Source: an uncultured Pelagibacteraceae bacterium | GTDB taxonomy: Bacteria; Pseudomonadota; Alphaproteobacteria; Pelagibacterales; Pelagibacteraceae | Direction of reading: 5' to 3' | Assembly: GCA_913050185.1 (NCBI GenBank) | Contig: CAJXBA010000003.1 | Coordinates: 1,081 to 65,080, forward strand | Length of the DNA stretch: 64,000 nucleotides | Position numbers and translations under genes: made by a program | Shown here: one piece after another, positions 7,944 to 17,695 of the stretch | Numbering within the stretch: the stretch's first letter is position 1 | Layout of the letters: every line of letters begins with the position of its first letter | The notes under the pieces: generated by a model | Databases searched by the model: none | Seen by the model: the letters and a program-made list of their open reading frames with translations, nothing else | Told to the model about the DNA's origin: nothing

Positions 7944-9365
7944 TTACTCTCTAAAAATAAATTTCTTAATTAAAAATAACACAGCAATAATTTCAATTTT
8001 ACCAAATATCATAAAAATCATTAAGGTAACTTTAGTAAAACTATTCAAATTAAAAAAGCTTAAATTTTCTATTCCATACAATGATGAAGTAACCGTGTTA
8101 GTAAGGGTTAATATTGACAATTTAAATGAATTTTCAAAACTCAAATTATCTAAAGTTAAAATACTTGATAGAATAAACGTGGCGATAATGAAAGAAATAA
8201 AAACTAAAAAAGCTATTTTTGAATCCTGATCATCAATTTTTATCTCTGAATGAAATAAATTTCGATTAAAAATGTTTTTTGGTTTAACCACTTTGTTAAT
8301 TTCCTGATAAGAGATTTTGAATAAAATATAGAGCCTAATATATTTAAGGCCGGATGAGGTCGAGATCAATGATCCACCTATAACCGTTAATAGAATAAAA
8401 AATAAAGATAAATCTAAATTAGATGAATACATTGCTATACCTGATGTAGATAATGATGAAGTCACTGCCAAAAAAACATTGGTAAGTCCCTCATTTGGAA
8501 TAATAAAAAAATAAAATAATAAGGTTAACAAAATAACTATTGTCCCCAAATGCAGATCTTCTTGATGTTCTTGAAAATTGAATTGTTTGGTAACAATTTT
8601 ATATATCAGATAAAAATTAAACACTGGAAATAATAAACTAAAGGATAAAGCTAAAACTTGCGGGTTGTTAGTTACGATATCAGATAAACTATTTTTTGGA
8701 AGAAATCCACCAGAAGATATAGCGGTAAAAGCCAAATTAAAAGAATCAAGAAGCCTAATGTGTGATAGACTGAATAAAAAAATTATAAAAATAGTAGATA
8801 AAAAATAAATCAACAAAATTTTTAAAAAATTATAATTGAAATTATTATAAAAATTACCTCCAGAGTTTTCCGTTGAAAGTAAATAGGTTGGTTTTATTTT
8901 AATTGCCTTATTCCCCAGTGTTCCAATAGTTGCGATTAAAAAAAATAAACCTCCCAACCATTGAGAACTAGACCTCCATATCAAAAGTGGCTCGTCTAAA
9001 TCTTGAATATCGCTAATAACTGAAAAACCGGTAGTAGTAAATCCTGATAAAGATTCAAAATAAGAATTCAAAAAACTTATATCGTAAACACTTAAAAAAT
9101 AAGGTATGCAAATCAACAATGGCAAAAATATAAAACTTGATATGATTAGAATAACTTGATCGCTTAGAGAAATATTCTTGCTATATTTTCGACCTAACAA
9201 ACAAAAAATCAATCCCGTACTTAAAGAAATTATAAGAGAAACAACATAAGAATTTAAATCTAAAAAAAAATTAAAGTAAAATGAATATAAAATATTCAAA
9301 AAAGAAAAAAAAGAAACAAATAATGAATAAATTCCTAAAAAAAATAATATACCCTTATAATTCAT
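7944..9365 (-). CDS. trkH: Trk-type potassium uptake membrane subunit
   Basis: 473 aa polytopic membrane protein with repeated pore-loop-like motifs (SGFTTTGFSV, ISSGGF, STSGIA, SSGLK). It lies immediately downstream of trkA. Confidence 0.85.
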   Translation of the reverse strand: MNYKGILFFLGIYSLFVSFFSFLNILYSFYFNFFLDLNSYVVSLIISLSTGLIFCLLGRKYSKNISLSDQVILIISSFIFLPLLICIPYFLSVYDISFLNSYFESLSGFTTTGFSVISDIQDLDEPLLIWRSSSQWLGGLFFLIATIGTLGNKAIKIKPTYLLSTENSGGNFYNNFNYNFLKILLIYFLSTIFIIFLFSLSHIRLLDSFNLAFTAISSGGFLPKNSLSDIVTNNPQVLALSFSLLFPVFNFYLIYKIVTKQFNFQEHQEDLHLGTIVILLTLLFYFFIIPNEGLTNVFLAVTSSLSTSGIAMYSSNLDLSLFFILLTVIGGSLISTSSGLKYIRLYILFKISYQEINKVVKPKNIFNRNLFHSEIKIDDQDSKIAFLVFISFIIATFILSSILTLDNLSFENSFKLSILTLTNTVTSSLYGIENLSFFNLNSFTKVTLMIFMIFGKIEIIAVLFLIKKFIFRE

Positions 9366-10741
9366 TAAATTAATGAACTTATTCTAAATAAACTTTCTAC
9401 TTTTGGAAGATGCTCTCTTTTGCTTAAAAAAACCACCAAATCTTTTTTTTCAAATTTAAAATCAGATTTTGGTATAATAATATTTTTATCCCTGACAATT
9501 GCTCCAATTCTTATTTCTTCTGGTAAACCTGAATCTTTTATAGACTTACTAATTAATTCAGAAGTTTCTAAGACTTCGGCTTCTATAAATTCATATTCTC
9601 CATCTAAAAGTGTATACACAGTTTCTATAGTACCTTTATGGACGTGCTTTAATATCGTTGATACCGTTGTCAGTCTTGGATCTACTAAATCGTCAATTTT
9701 AAGAGAATTTTGTAATAAGGCATAATTCTGTTTTGTTACTAAAGCTATAGTTCTTTTATTGGGATTGTTTTTCTCTGCAAGAACACTCAACATAATATTA
9801 TCTTCATCATCATTAGTAAGTGCTAAGATAGTTTCTGCTTCTTCAATATTTGCTTCTTTTAAAACATCTTCGTCTAAACCGTCTCCATTAATCACGATAG
9901 TATTATTAAGTTCATTAGCTATAAGTTCGGCTCTACCTTTGTCTTTTTCTATAATTTTTACTCTAGCACCTTCTGAATGAGATTCTAAGTTTTTTGCCAA
10001 ATTAAAACCAATATTTCCTCCACCTATAATTAGAACTTTTTTTGCCATTTTTTCTTCGTGACCAAATGCTGAAAGAGTCATGTTTATTTGTGAAGCGCTC
10101 ACAACAGCAAAGGCTTTATCGTTAACTAACATCTTATCTTTTTTTTTCAGTATGACAAACTTTTCACCTCTTATAACTCCTAAAATATTTGCTCTTAAAT
10201 CTGGAAACTTCTCAGTAAGTTTACTGAGTGGCGTATTAGCTATTGGACAAATTTCACTGATATTAATTTCTAAAACTTTTACTTTTCCGTCAGCAAAAGG
10301 AACGCTATCTAAAGCACCTGGAGCCTCTAGTTTCCTTTGTAAAGATTTTGCAACCTCAATTTCAGGGGAAATAATAACATCTATAGGAAGATTAGATTCT
10401 CCATATAGTTTACGCCATTTTGTTCCCAAAAATTCCTGTGTCCTTATCCTTGCAATTTTCTTTGTTGTATTAAAAATTGAGTGTGCTACCTGGCAAATAA
10501 CCATATTAGTTTCGTCATTCTTTGTAACAGCAATGATCATGTCAGCATCTTCTGCCCCAGCTTTTTCTAATACCGAAGGAAAAGTAGCTCTTCCAACAAT
10601 ACCTTTTACATCTTGAGTTTCGCTAAGTTTTTGAATGAGTTCACTAGATTGATCTACAACTGTAATTGAATGTCCTTGAACGGACAATTGCTTTGAAATT
10701 GAGAAGCCAACTTTACCAGCCCCACAGATAATTATATTCAT
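9365..10741 (-). CDS. trkA: Trk system NAD-binding peripheral subunit
   Basis: 458 aa with two tandem RCK/KTN units, each opening with a Rossmann motif (IIICGAGKVG and VLIIGGGNIG). Confidence 0.92.
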   Translation of the reverse strand: MNIIICGAGKVGFSISKQLSVQGHSITVVDQSSELIQKLSETQDVKGIVGRATFPSVLEKAGAEDADMIIAVTKNDETNMVICQVAHSIFNTTKKIARIRTQEFLGTKWRKLYGESNLPIDVIISPEIEVAKSLQRKLEAPGALDSVPFADGKVKVLEINISEICPIANTPLSKLTEKFPDLRANILGVIRGEKFVILKKKDKMLVNDKAFAVVSASQINMTLSAFGHEEKMAKKVLIIGGGNIGFNLAKNLESHSEGARVKIIEKDKGRAELIANELNNTIVINGDGLDEDVLKEANIEEAETILALTNDDEDNIMLSVLAEKNNPNKRTIALVTKQNYALLQNSLKIDDLVDPRLTTVSTILKHVHKGTIETVYTLLDGEYEFIEAEVLETSELISKSIKDSGLPEEIRIGAIVRDKNIIIPKSDFKFEKKDLVVFLSKREHLPKVESLFRISSLI

Positions 10742-12106
10742 TTAATTTATATCTTTGATACCCAAAGTTTTTAATTTTCTATGAAGAGCAGATCTTTCCA
10801 TACCAATAAATTCTGCAGTCTTGGATATATTACCTTTGTACTTTTTTAGCTGTGAAGTTAAATAGTCTTTTTCAAACCTTTCTCTAGCTACTTTTAATGG
10901 ATAAGAAAGAACATTTTCGAAAGATTCTGAAGCATCTTTAATATTTTTTTGTGATAATGCGTCTTTCACTAAACTATTGATATTTATTTGCTTTTCGTTA
11001 ACCGCTAGTATAGATATTCTCTCGACCAAATTTCTCAATTCTCTGACATTTCCAGGCCAACCGTATTTATAAAATAAATCATAGTCACTATTAATTTTCG
11101 TTTCGCTAATTCCGTTTAGCTCAGATATTTTTTTTGAAAAATAATTTAGTAATAAAGGGATATCCTCTGTCCTGTCCTTTAGCGCAGGTAAAAAAATTGG
11201 AACAACATTAAGTCTATGATATAAATCCTCTCTAAAATTACCTTTATCAACCTCTTCTCTTATATCTTTACTTGAAGTGCTTATTATTCTAACATTAACA
11301 TTAATTTCTTTAGATCCGTTAATACGTTTAAATTTCTGTTCTATTAATACTCTTAAAATCTTAGCCTGAGTTTCTAAAGGAATTTCTGAAATCTCATCTA
11401 TCAACAAAGTACCATCTTTTGCTTGTTCGAAAAAACCATAATTTATGGTTCCATCTTTATTTTCTGATCCAAAAAGTTGAAGTTCGTATTTTTCTGGATC
11501 TAATAAAGCTCCGCTAACCACAATAAAAGATTTTGTCGATCTTGATGATTTTTTATGAATCTGTCTTGCTACTAATTCTTTTCCCGATCCTGCTGGACCG
11601 GAAATAAAAACCCTACTTCCAGCACTACCAAGTTTAGCGATTAAATCCCTGACTTTTTCCATTGCCTGGCTTTGTCCTATGACTTCATATGAATGAAAGA
11701 GTTTACTTTCTAAAATACTCTTTGCTTTCTTAAGATCTATATTCTCTATGGCCCTGTTTACAAAATTTAACAATCTTTCCGTTGAAAAAGGTTTTTGCAT
11801 AAACTCAAAAGCACCTAGTTTTAATGAATCTACCGCCATTTGAACATTTGCGTGACCTGATATCATGATGACTGGTAGATCGTTATCAATTTTTTTTATA
11901 TGATTCAGTAATTCAATTCCATCATTGTCTCCTTTGTCTAATTTGACATCTATGACAGCCACGTTTGGTAATTTTTTATTAATTTCTAATATTGCTTGAT
12001 CAAAATTAGCGGCTTCTCTAACGCTAAATCCGTTATCATTTAAAATACTGGAAATTAGCATTCTGATATCCGAATTATCATCAATAACTAAAATCTCATT
12101 TGTCAT
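10742..12106 (-). CDS. ntrX: Response regulator NtrX (receiver, AAA+ and Fis-type HTH domains)
   Basis: Receiver domain with DD...D...K. Walker A GPAGSGKE, Walker B LLIDEISE, GWPGNVREL, and a C-terminal HTH (ISKTAEFIGMERSALHRKLKTLGI). It is paired with the upstream ntrY. Confidence 0.85.
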   Translation of the reverse strand: MTNEILVIDDNSDIRMLISSILNDNGFSVREAANFDQAILEINKKLPNVAVIDVKLDKGDNDGIELLNHIKKIDNDLPVIMISGHANVQMAVDSLKLGAFEFMQKPFSTERLLNFVNRAIENIDLKKAKSILESKLFHSYEVIGQSQAMEKVRDLIAKLGSAGSRVFISGPAGSGKELVARQIHKKSSRSTKSFIVVSGALLDPEKYELQLFGSENKDGTINYGFFEQAKDGTLLIDEISEIPLETQAKILRVLIEQKFKRINGSKEINVNVRIISTSSKDIREEVDKGNFREDLYHRLNVVPIFLPALKDRTEDIPLLLNYFSKKISELNGISETKINSDYDLFYKYGWPGNVRELRNLVERISILAVNEKQININSLVKDALSQKNIKDASESFENVLSYPLKVARERFEKDYLTSQLKKYKGNISKTAEFIGMERSALHRKLKTLGIKDIN

Positions 12107-13883
12107 AATATTTTGGTATTATAATTTCTACCTCTGCTCCGTTGTTAATTGCCTTGAAAAATATTACACTATTGTGATCACTTATAATTTTGCTAACTAT
12201 GGCTAGGCCTAAGCCAGTACCATTCTTCTTTGTAGTAAAGTAAGGTGCAAGCATTTTTTCTTTATTAACTCTAGCAAACCCAACTCCATTATCAATAACA
12301 GTAGCGTATATATAATCACTATCGTCTCTAATATCTATGTCAATTTTTCCTTTAAAATCAACATATTTGTTCTTTTTCTCATAAATAGACTCTGTGGAAT
12401 TTTTTATCAAATTTACAAATACTCTACGCAGTTGTTCTTCGTCACCGAGTATATAATTTGATTCCTTAACCTGTGTTAAAACAAACTTAATTTTAGATCC
12501 TGACAATTCATGCAGCTTTAAAGACTCAGAAATAATTCGATTTAAATTAATTTTTTTTAATATGGGTTTTGGCATTCTAGCAAAATCAGAAAATTCGGTT
12601 ACCAAATGTTCAATGTCCTTAATTTGTTTGCTTATAGTATTTAAATAAATTGAAAAATCTTTACTACCGTTTCCTACTTTATCCAAATATTTCTCTCTAA
12701 TTCTGTCAATAGATAATTGGATTGGTGTAAGCGGATTTTTAATCTCATGAGCTAACTTTCTAGCAACATCTTCCCAAGCAGAATATCTTTCTGAAAGAAG
12801 AAGCTTATCTTGTTGTTTTTTCAATTTTTTGATCATTGAGTTAAAATTTTCATTCAACTTTTCGAATTCCTCATCCGCAGTAATCTCCGGAACTTTGGCA
12901 TTCAAGTCTCCAGCACTTATTTTTTCAGAAGCTGTAATCAAATTAATTATAGGTCGAGTAAGTCTTGATGCAAAGTTAATCGAGATGATGATCGATAAAA
13001 AAAGAAGTAATGACACAATTAATACGTAAATGATACCAAAAGTAATTTTTAGTCCCGTCTTACGATCTTGAACACTATAATAAATTCCAACAAGTTGATT
13101 TGTTTCTTTAAGATAATTAACAACTTTTGGATCCATAAATTTTACTATGTATAGGTAAGTATCAATAAAACTGCTCAATTTAACTAAAGCAGAAGTTCTG
13201 TTAGTTCTAGGATCCGTAATCCTCACGGGTCTTCCATCTAAAGATCTGCTAAAAGCTTCTGCAGGAGGGGGAACAAATTCCAATGAATCATCTACTATAT
13301 TGGACATAATTATATTGCCGCCACTATCCAATAAATAAACTTCATCTAACCTTCTTAATATTCTTTGGGAAGTAAGAATTTTTAAAAATCTATTGGGATT
13401 ATCATAGAATAATCCTGATTTATTATTTACATCTAACACCATCAATAAAATATCAGCTTCGATAGAATTTCTAGTTTGTTCGACATAATATCTTGACACT
13501 TCAGTTGAATTATTAATTACTGATTTAATTTTTTTTTCAAAATACTTTTGTATTACAACATTAAATAAAAAGAGAGAAAATATTGCTATTAAAACAGATG
13601 GTAACAAAGTGGTAATTGAAAAAAAAGTTATATACCTTAAACTTGTTTTTGATCCTAATTTTTCTTTTTTTCTGTCTTTAAAAACTTTGTAGGTTTCGCG
13701 AATAATTACTGTAAAAAACAATACCAATAAAGCTAGGTCAAATAGCAACAGTATTTGGAAGTTGGTTTGACTTAAGTCTATAAAACTTTTGTTAATAAAA
13801 GTGAAAAAAGTCAGTACTCCTAATAATAAGCAAAGTAAAGTTATTGTTATTATCCATTTATTATTTTTAATGGTATGAATCAT
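12096..13883 (-). CDS. ntrY: Sensor histidine kinase NtrY-like (membrane, HAMP, HisKA, HATPase)
   Basis: 595 aa with N-terminal TM helices and an extracytoplasmic-like segment. A further TM helix and HAMP (RLTRPIINLITASEKISAGDLN) follow. H-box AHEIKNPLTPIQLS; N and G boxes NLIKNS and GTGLGLAI. Confidence 0.8.
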   Translation of the reverse strand: MIHTIKNNKWIITITLLCLLLGVLTFFTFINKSFIDLSQTNFQILLLFDLALLVLFFTVIIRETYKVFKDRKKEKLGSKTSLRYITFFSITTLLPSVLIAIFSLFLFNVVIQKYFEKKIKSVINNSTEVSRYYVEQTRNSIEADILLMVLDVNNKSGLFYDNPNRFLKILTSQRILRRLDEVYLLDSGGNIIMSNIVDDSLEFVPPPAEAFSRSLDGRPVRITDPRTNRTSALVKLSSFIDTYLYIVKFMDPKVVNYLKETNQLVGIYYSVQDRKTGLKITFGIIYVLIVSLLLFLSIIISINFASRLTRPIINLITASEKISAGDLNAKVPEITADEEFEKLNENFNSMIKKLKKQQDKLLLSERYSAWEDVARKLAHEIKNPLTPIQLSIDRIREKYLDKVGNGSKDFSIYLNTISKQIKDIEHLVTEFSDFARMPKPILKKINLNRIISESLKLHELSGSKIKFVLTQVKESNYILGDEEQLRRVFVNLIKNSTESIYEKKNKYVDFKGKIDIDIRDDSDYIYATVIDNGVGFARVNKEKMLAPYFTTKKNGTGLGLAIVSKIISDHNSVIFFKAINNGAEVEIIIPKYYDK

Positions 13884-13934
13884 TTATTGAATAATAGTAA
13901 ATATTTATAATAAATATAACGCAAATTGAAAAAA

Positions 13935-15074
13935 ATGAGCTTATTTCTCATAATATTGGCTGCCGGCGATAGCAAAAGACTTAAATCTAACACACCCAAA
14001 CCATTTCACATAATTAACAATAATACATTATTGGAATATTCTTTCGATACGTTCAAGAATATTCGTGAAATAAAAAAGACTGTAATCGTTTACAATAAAA
14101 AACATAAAAAACATCTAGACAAATTAAGGCTTAAAAACATCTTAAAAGTCGTGGGCGGCAAAACTAGACAAGAATCTACTTTTAAAGCATTAAAAAGAAT
14201 TAAGAGAATGAATTGTAAAAAAGTCATAATTCATGATGCTGCTAGACCCAATCCTTCAAAAAAACTTATAAATGAAATGATTAGTAAGCTTAAAAAAAAT
14301 GATGCTGTTGTACCTACAATAAAAGTTAATGATGCAACAAAACGTGCTAAAAAAAATATGATCTTCAAAAATATTCAGCGTAATAGTTTAAGATTTTCAC
14401 AAACTCCACAAGGTTTTACTTTTAAAAAAATATACGAAAAACATAAAAAAAATATAAATACAATTTTTGATGATGATAGTGCTTTGTTTACAGAAGATGA
14501 TGAAAAAGTAATAACTATAAATGGAAGTAAATCAAATTTAAAAATAACTGACAGTGAAGATTTAAATATATTTAGTAATTTAAAAAAGAGAAAAACTTAT
14601 TCAGGAATAGGTTTTGATATTCACAAATTAGTTAAAGGAAGAAAACTTTACCTGGGAGGAATAAAAGTGGCTTACCCTCTAGGACTAAAAGGTCATTCAG
14701 ATGCAGATCCAGTAGTTCACGCTATTATTGACAGCTTGCTTGGAGCTTGCGGATTAGGTGATATTGGAAAATTATTTTCAGACAAAAATAAAAAATATAA
14801 AAATATAAGATCTACAACTTTACTAAAAAAAATTATTAAATTAATTAAATCTAAAAACTTTTCAATCAACAACGTTGATATCAATATTATTGCACAAAAA
14901 CCTAAAATAAAAAAATACTCAAAAAAAATGATACAAACAATAAGCAAATTATGTGAAATAAATTCAAATCAAATAAATATTAAAGGTAAGACAACTGAAA
15001 AACTTGGTTTAGTAGGACAAGGAGAAGCCATAGTATCAGAAGTTATATCGTCTGTTACTAAATATGATCAATAA
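13935..15074 (+). CDS. ispDF: Bifunctional 2-C-methyl-D-erythritol 4-phosphate cytidylyltransferase / MEcPP synthase
   Basis: The N-terminal half is IspD-like (ILAAGDSKRL). The C-terminal half is IspF-like (GIGFDIHKL, GHSDADPVVHAIIDSLLGA). The ORF track starts at TTG 13926; ATG 13935 is preferred. Confidence 0.9.
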   Translation: MSLFLIILAAGDSKRLKSNTPKPFHIINNNTLLEYSFDTFKNIREIKKTVIVYNKKHKKHLDKLRLKNILKVVGGKTRQESTFKALKRIKRMNCKKVIIHDAARPNPSKKLINEMISKLKKNDAVVPTIKVNDATKRAKKNMIFKNIQRNSLRFSQTPQGFTFKKIYEKHKKNINTIFDDDSALFTEDDEKVITINGSKSNLKITDSEDLNIFSNLKKRKTYSGIGFDIHKLVKGRKLYLGGIKVAYPLGLKGHSDADPVVHAIIDSLLGACGLGDIGKLFSDKNKKYKNIRSTTLLKKIIKLIKSKNFSINNVDINIIAQKPKIKKYSKKMIQTISKLCEINSNQINIKGKTTEKLGLVGQGEAIVSEVISSVTKYDQ

Positions 15075-15564
15075 AATTAATTTAATACTTGTTACTTTTT
15101 TTGGTATTGGAAAAATAAAATTTGCTTCAGGAACATGGGCCTCGTTAGTTACTTGTGTTTTATTATTTGTAGCTTTTCACATTTTAAGTATATCTTCAAA
15201 TTTAATTCTATTATTTCTATTAATAATGTTAATTTACTCTTTGATTGCTGTAAGTGCTTGTCTTAATAAATTTGATACTAGTGACCCAAAAGAAATTGTA
15301 ATTGATGAAGTTATAGGTCAGTCAATTCCATTATACCTCTATGAAATTTCACATAATGTCGAGAAAATTTTCAGTAAATCACTATTATTTTATTTAATAA
15401 TTTTTGTTTTGTTTAGAACTTTTGACATATTAAAACCCTTTCCTATTAATTACTTTGATCGGAAATATAAAAATGCTTTTGGTGTCATGTTTGATGATAT
15501 CTTGGCTGGCTTTTATGTAGTCGCAACATTAATATTAATTATGATTGTTAAAAGCTTCTTTTAA
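15064..15564 (+). CDS. pgpA: Phosphatidylglycerophosphatase A
   Basis: 166 aa membrane protein with GTWASL, DEVIGQ and FRTFDILKPFP motifs. ispDF-pgpA-cinA is the usual alphaproteobacterial order. Confidence 0.85.
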   Translation: MINKINLILVTFFGIGKIKFASGTWASLVTCVLLFVAFHILSISSNLILLFLLIMLIYSLIAVSACLNKFDTSDPKEIVIDEVIGQSIPLYLYEISHNVEKIFSKSLLFYLIIFVLFRTFDILKPFPINYFDRKYKNAFGVMFDDILAGFYVVATLILIMIVKSFF

Positions 15565-15566
15565 AG

Positions 15567-16040
15567 ATGAAAAAACTCTCAAAAAAGATAGTCAAAATAT
15601 TAACTAGGAAAAAACTCAAAATATCTATTGTTGAATCTTGTACTGGGGGATTGCTTTCGAGTACCATTACTTCCGTTAGTGGGTCTTCAAAAATATTTAC
15701 TCAGGGATTGGTTGTTTATTCAAATCATTCTAAAATTAAAGTTCTTAAAATCCCAAAAAAAACCATAAGAAGATACGGGGCTGTAAGTAAGCAAATTTGT
15801 TTAACTATGGTTAAAAACGTGAGTAAAATATGTAAAACCAACATATCTGTTTCTATAACGGGAATAGCTGGTCCTAGTGGCGGTACCAAGAAAAAGCCTG
15901 TAGGCTTAGTTTACATAGGTATTAAGAAAGCCAATAAGATTGATGTTAATAAATATCTATTTAAAAACAGAGGACGATCGTACATCCAAAAAGCTGCCGT
16001 TAATAAATCTCTAGGATTAATTCTAAGCGTTCTTAAATAA
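15567..16040 (+). CDS. pncC: CinA C-terminal-domain protein (nicotinamide-nucleotide amidohydrolase type)
   Basis: 157 aa with the SIVESCTGGLLSS and ISITGIAGPSGG motifs of the CinA/PncC domain. Confidence 0.8.
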   Translation: MKKLSKKIVKILTRKKLKISIVESCTGGLLSSTITSVSGSSKIFTQGLVVYSNHSKIKVLKIPKKTIRRYGAVSKQICLTMVKNVSKICKTNISVSITGIAGPSGGTKKKPVGLVYIGIKKANKIDVNKYLFKNRGRSYIQKAAVNKSLGLILSVLK

Positions 16041-16472
16041 TTCAATTGCTCTTTTTTCAAAAGCATCAGCTATTTTTTTTAATCCAATATCAAAGAACTT
16101 AATCATTAATAAGTTTAAAACTTTATTTTTTAATTCAAAATCGACATGAAAATCTACCTCGCTGTTGTTTCCTTTTTGGCCAAAAAACCACTTATTTTCT
16201 AGATGTTTTAAAGGACCCCCTAGATTTGTTACATGAATTGAATCAGAGGATTTTTCATAAATAACAAAACTTTTATAAGTTTCGTTAAAAAAACTCTTTC
16301 CGATAGTAAGATCGGCTGTGATTTCAATTTTATCACCTTTATCATTTTTGCTATGAATTTTACTACCAAGACACCAAGGAACAAATTCTGGATATTTTTC
16401 TATATCTAAAACCATTTTTATTAATTTATCTTTTGAACAGGGTATTTCTTTTTTTATTGAAGCAGATGGCAT
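16023..16472 (-). CDS. SRPBCC-fold protein, RatA/COQ10-like
   Basis: 149 aa. YPEFVPWC motif and a position immediately downstream of lipA, as is common in alphaproteobacteria. Confidence 0.7.
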   Translation of the reverse strand: MPSASIKKEIPCSKDKLIKMVLDIEKYPEFVPWCLGSKIHSKNDKGDKIEITADLTIGKSFFNETYKSFVIYEKSSDSIHVTNLGGPLKHLENKWFFGQKGNNSEVDFHVDFELKNKVLNLLMIKFFDIGLKKIADAFEKRAIELFKNA

Positions 16473-17392
16473 TGAGATTGTTTTTCTCTCAATTTTTTCA
16501 TTACAGAAAAATCTTCATCAGCATGATAAGAAGATCTAGTAAGAGGTGAAGAAGCAACAATTAAGAAACCTTTTGATAGTGCTATTTCTTTAAATTTTTG
16601 AAATTCGTCAGGATGGACATAACGTATTAATGGATAATGTTTTACCGATGGTTGAAGATATTGACCAATAGTCAAAAAATCTACATTAGCAGATAACAAA
16701 TCATCCATGACTTGAAGCACTTCATCTTTGATCTCACCAAGACCTAACATAATACCGGATTTAGTAAATATTGTTTTGTTTATTTCTTTGACTGATTTTA
16801 ATAAATTAATAGAAGCAAAATACCTAGACCCTGGTCTTATGCTTCTATATAAATTTGGAACAGTTTCTATATTATGGTTAAAAACGTCAGGACTAGCGAA
16901 AACAACTTTCTTATAAGCCTCTCCTTTTCTTAAAAAATCAGGTGTCAAAACTTCTATGGTTGTTTCGTTATTTATTTTTCTAGTTTCTGATATCACCTTA
17001 GAAAAATGATTTGCTCCTCCATCTTGAAGATCATCACGATCAACTGAAGTGATAACTACATGCTTTAAATCTAATTCTTTAGTTGCTTGAGCTATTTTTA
17101 AAGGTTCTAACGGATCTAAGTGTGTTGGCTTTCCTGTTTTTACATTACAGAATACACATGCACGTGTGCATGTATCTCCCATTATCATAAACGTTGCATG
17201 TCTTTTGTTCCAGCATTCTGAAATATTAGGGCAGCTAGCCTCTTGACAAACAGTATGAAGTTTTTTTGTGTTAATAATTTTTTTTGTTTTAAAATAGTCT
17301 TGAGTATCTGTAATTCTCGCTCTTATCCAGTTTGGCTTTTTTTTAATAGGATTTATTGGATTATTAATTTTCTCTGGATGTCTTACCGTCAT
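16454..17392 (-). CDS. lipA: Lipoyl synthase
   Basis: Radical-SAM motif CTRACVFC plus the N-terminal cluster motif [12 protein letters not shown]. The ORF track begins at 17431. ATG 17392 (MTVRHPEK...) avoids the overlap with ftsB and matches typical LipA N-termini. Confidence 0.93.
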   Translation of the reverse strand: MTVRHPEKINNPINPIKKKPNWIRARITDTQDYFKTKKIINTKKLHTVCQEASCPNISECWNKRHATFMIMGDTCTRACVFCNVKTGKPTHLDPLEPLKIAQATKELDLKHVVITSVDRDDLQDGGANHFSKVISETRKINNETTIEVLTPDFLRKGEAYKKVVFASPDVFNHNIETVPNLYRSIRPGSRYFASINLLKSVKEINKTIFTKSGIMLGLGEIKDEVLQVMDDLLSANVDFLTIGQYLQPSVKHYPLIRYVHPDEFQKFKEIALSKGFLIVASSPLTRSSYHADEDFSVMKKLREKQSQCHLLQ

Positions 17393-17393
17393 T

Positions 17394-17690
17394 TCAATTA
17401 CTTTTATAAATTTTTTCGTTAGGTTTTCCAAACATAAATTTTTCTCTGAATAGTATCTCTAAATAATCTAAATCTATTTTTTCAGTTAACAACTCGTTCT
17501 TTTTTTCCACTAGGGCCAATTGTTCGGTTAGGAAACTTTTTTCTTCAAGAAGTTTTTTTTTGATATTTTGTTTTTCGTAGTATGAAATGAGGCCTCTTTC
17601 TCCATCTAGTAGATTCAGTATGATATAATAAAACAGAAAAAAACCAATTATTGTAATTTTTTTACGGTTAATTATTTGTATAAGTCCCAT
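17394..17690 (-). CDS. ftsB: Septum formation initiator, FtsB/DivIC family
   Basis: 98 aa with a single N-terminal TM helix followed by a coiled-coil-like segment. It has the conserved position directly downstream of eno. Confidence 0.7.
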   Translation of the reverse strand: MGLIQIINRKKITIIGFFLFYYIILNLLDGERGLISYYEKQNIKKKLLEEKSFLTEQLALVEKKNELLTEKIDLDYLEILFREKFMFGKPNEKIYKSN

Positions 17691-17695
17691 CTGGT

